Below are positions 63,951-64,000 of a stretch of 64,000 nt of DNA, piece after piece. Source of the stretch: Candidatus Nomurabacteria bacterium (GTDB lineage: Bacteria; Patescibacteriota; Saccharimonadia; Saccharimonadales; VXPC01); contig JACKGQ010000001.1 of assembly GCA_020631905.1 (NCBI GenBank), forward strand, positions 165,854 to 229,853, read 5' to 3'. Position numbers and translations under genes: made by a program. The notes under the pieces are model-generated. The model was given only the letters and a program-made list of their open reading frames with translations, made no database searches and was not told where the DNA came from. Every line of letters starts with the position of its first letter. The stretch's first letter is position 1.

Positions 63951-64000
63951 CAGCCCAGATTATAACACCTCAGACAAACCGAACCGGTTAGTGGTATAAT

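Noticed and set aside
1-64000. CRISPR arrays, rRNA genes, transposases or integrases, prophage structural genes
   Set aside because: I looked for regularly spaced direct repeats, rRNA-like conserved blocks, and DDE, tyrosine or serine recombinase motifs, and found none in this window.

Overview
The window reads as a compact, roughly 45% G+C bacterial chromosome segment around the replication origin (rpmH-rnpA-yidC-khpB on one side, dnaA-dnaN-recF on the other). Gene content points to a Patescibacteria/CPR organism, probably Saccharibacteria-like. That assignment is inferred from protein families only, since no database search was possible. The main blocks run left to right as follows. (1) 1-20000 is a surface-glycan locus (WbaP-like primer transferase, GT4s, glmS, galU). 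Its central 13 kb (about 3640-16870) is an ORF desert of frameshift-riddled gene remnants (wzm/wzt exporter, nucleotide-sugar dehydrogenase, GT2/GT4, a cell-wall protein). (2) 20177-26292 holds the origin region. (3) 27059-45455 is a type IV secretion-like locus: VirB4, PrgI/VirB3-like, a giant VirB6-like protein, two large peptidoglycan-hydrolase fusions and five tandem VirB2-type pilin paralogs. No coupling protein or relaxase is in view. (4) 45517-52619 carries housekeeping and accessory genes with three tRNAs. Two tRNAs have duplicated 3' ends, and one small gene is flanked by inverted repeats. (5) 52620-62774 is the most unusual part. Visibly G+C-rich orphan genes (about 60% or more in spot counts) sit between housekeeping genes in a recurring module. 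Each module has an AT-rich promoter, a GC-rich ORF, a 60-nt terminator (identical in three copies, with compensatory changes in a fourth) and a 175-190 nt rod-like structured element (three copies with many compensatory base-pair changes). I could not match this module to any family I know. valS and tsaD close the window. All coordinates and motifs were read by eye and no searches were run.
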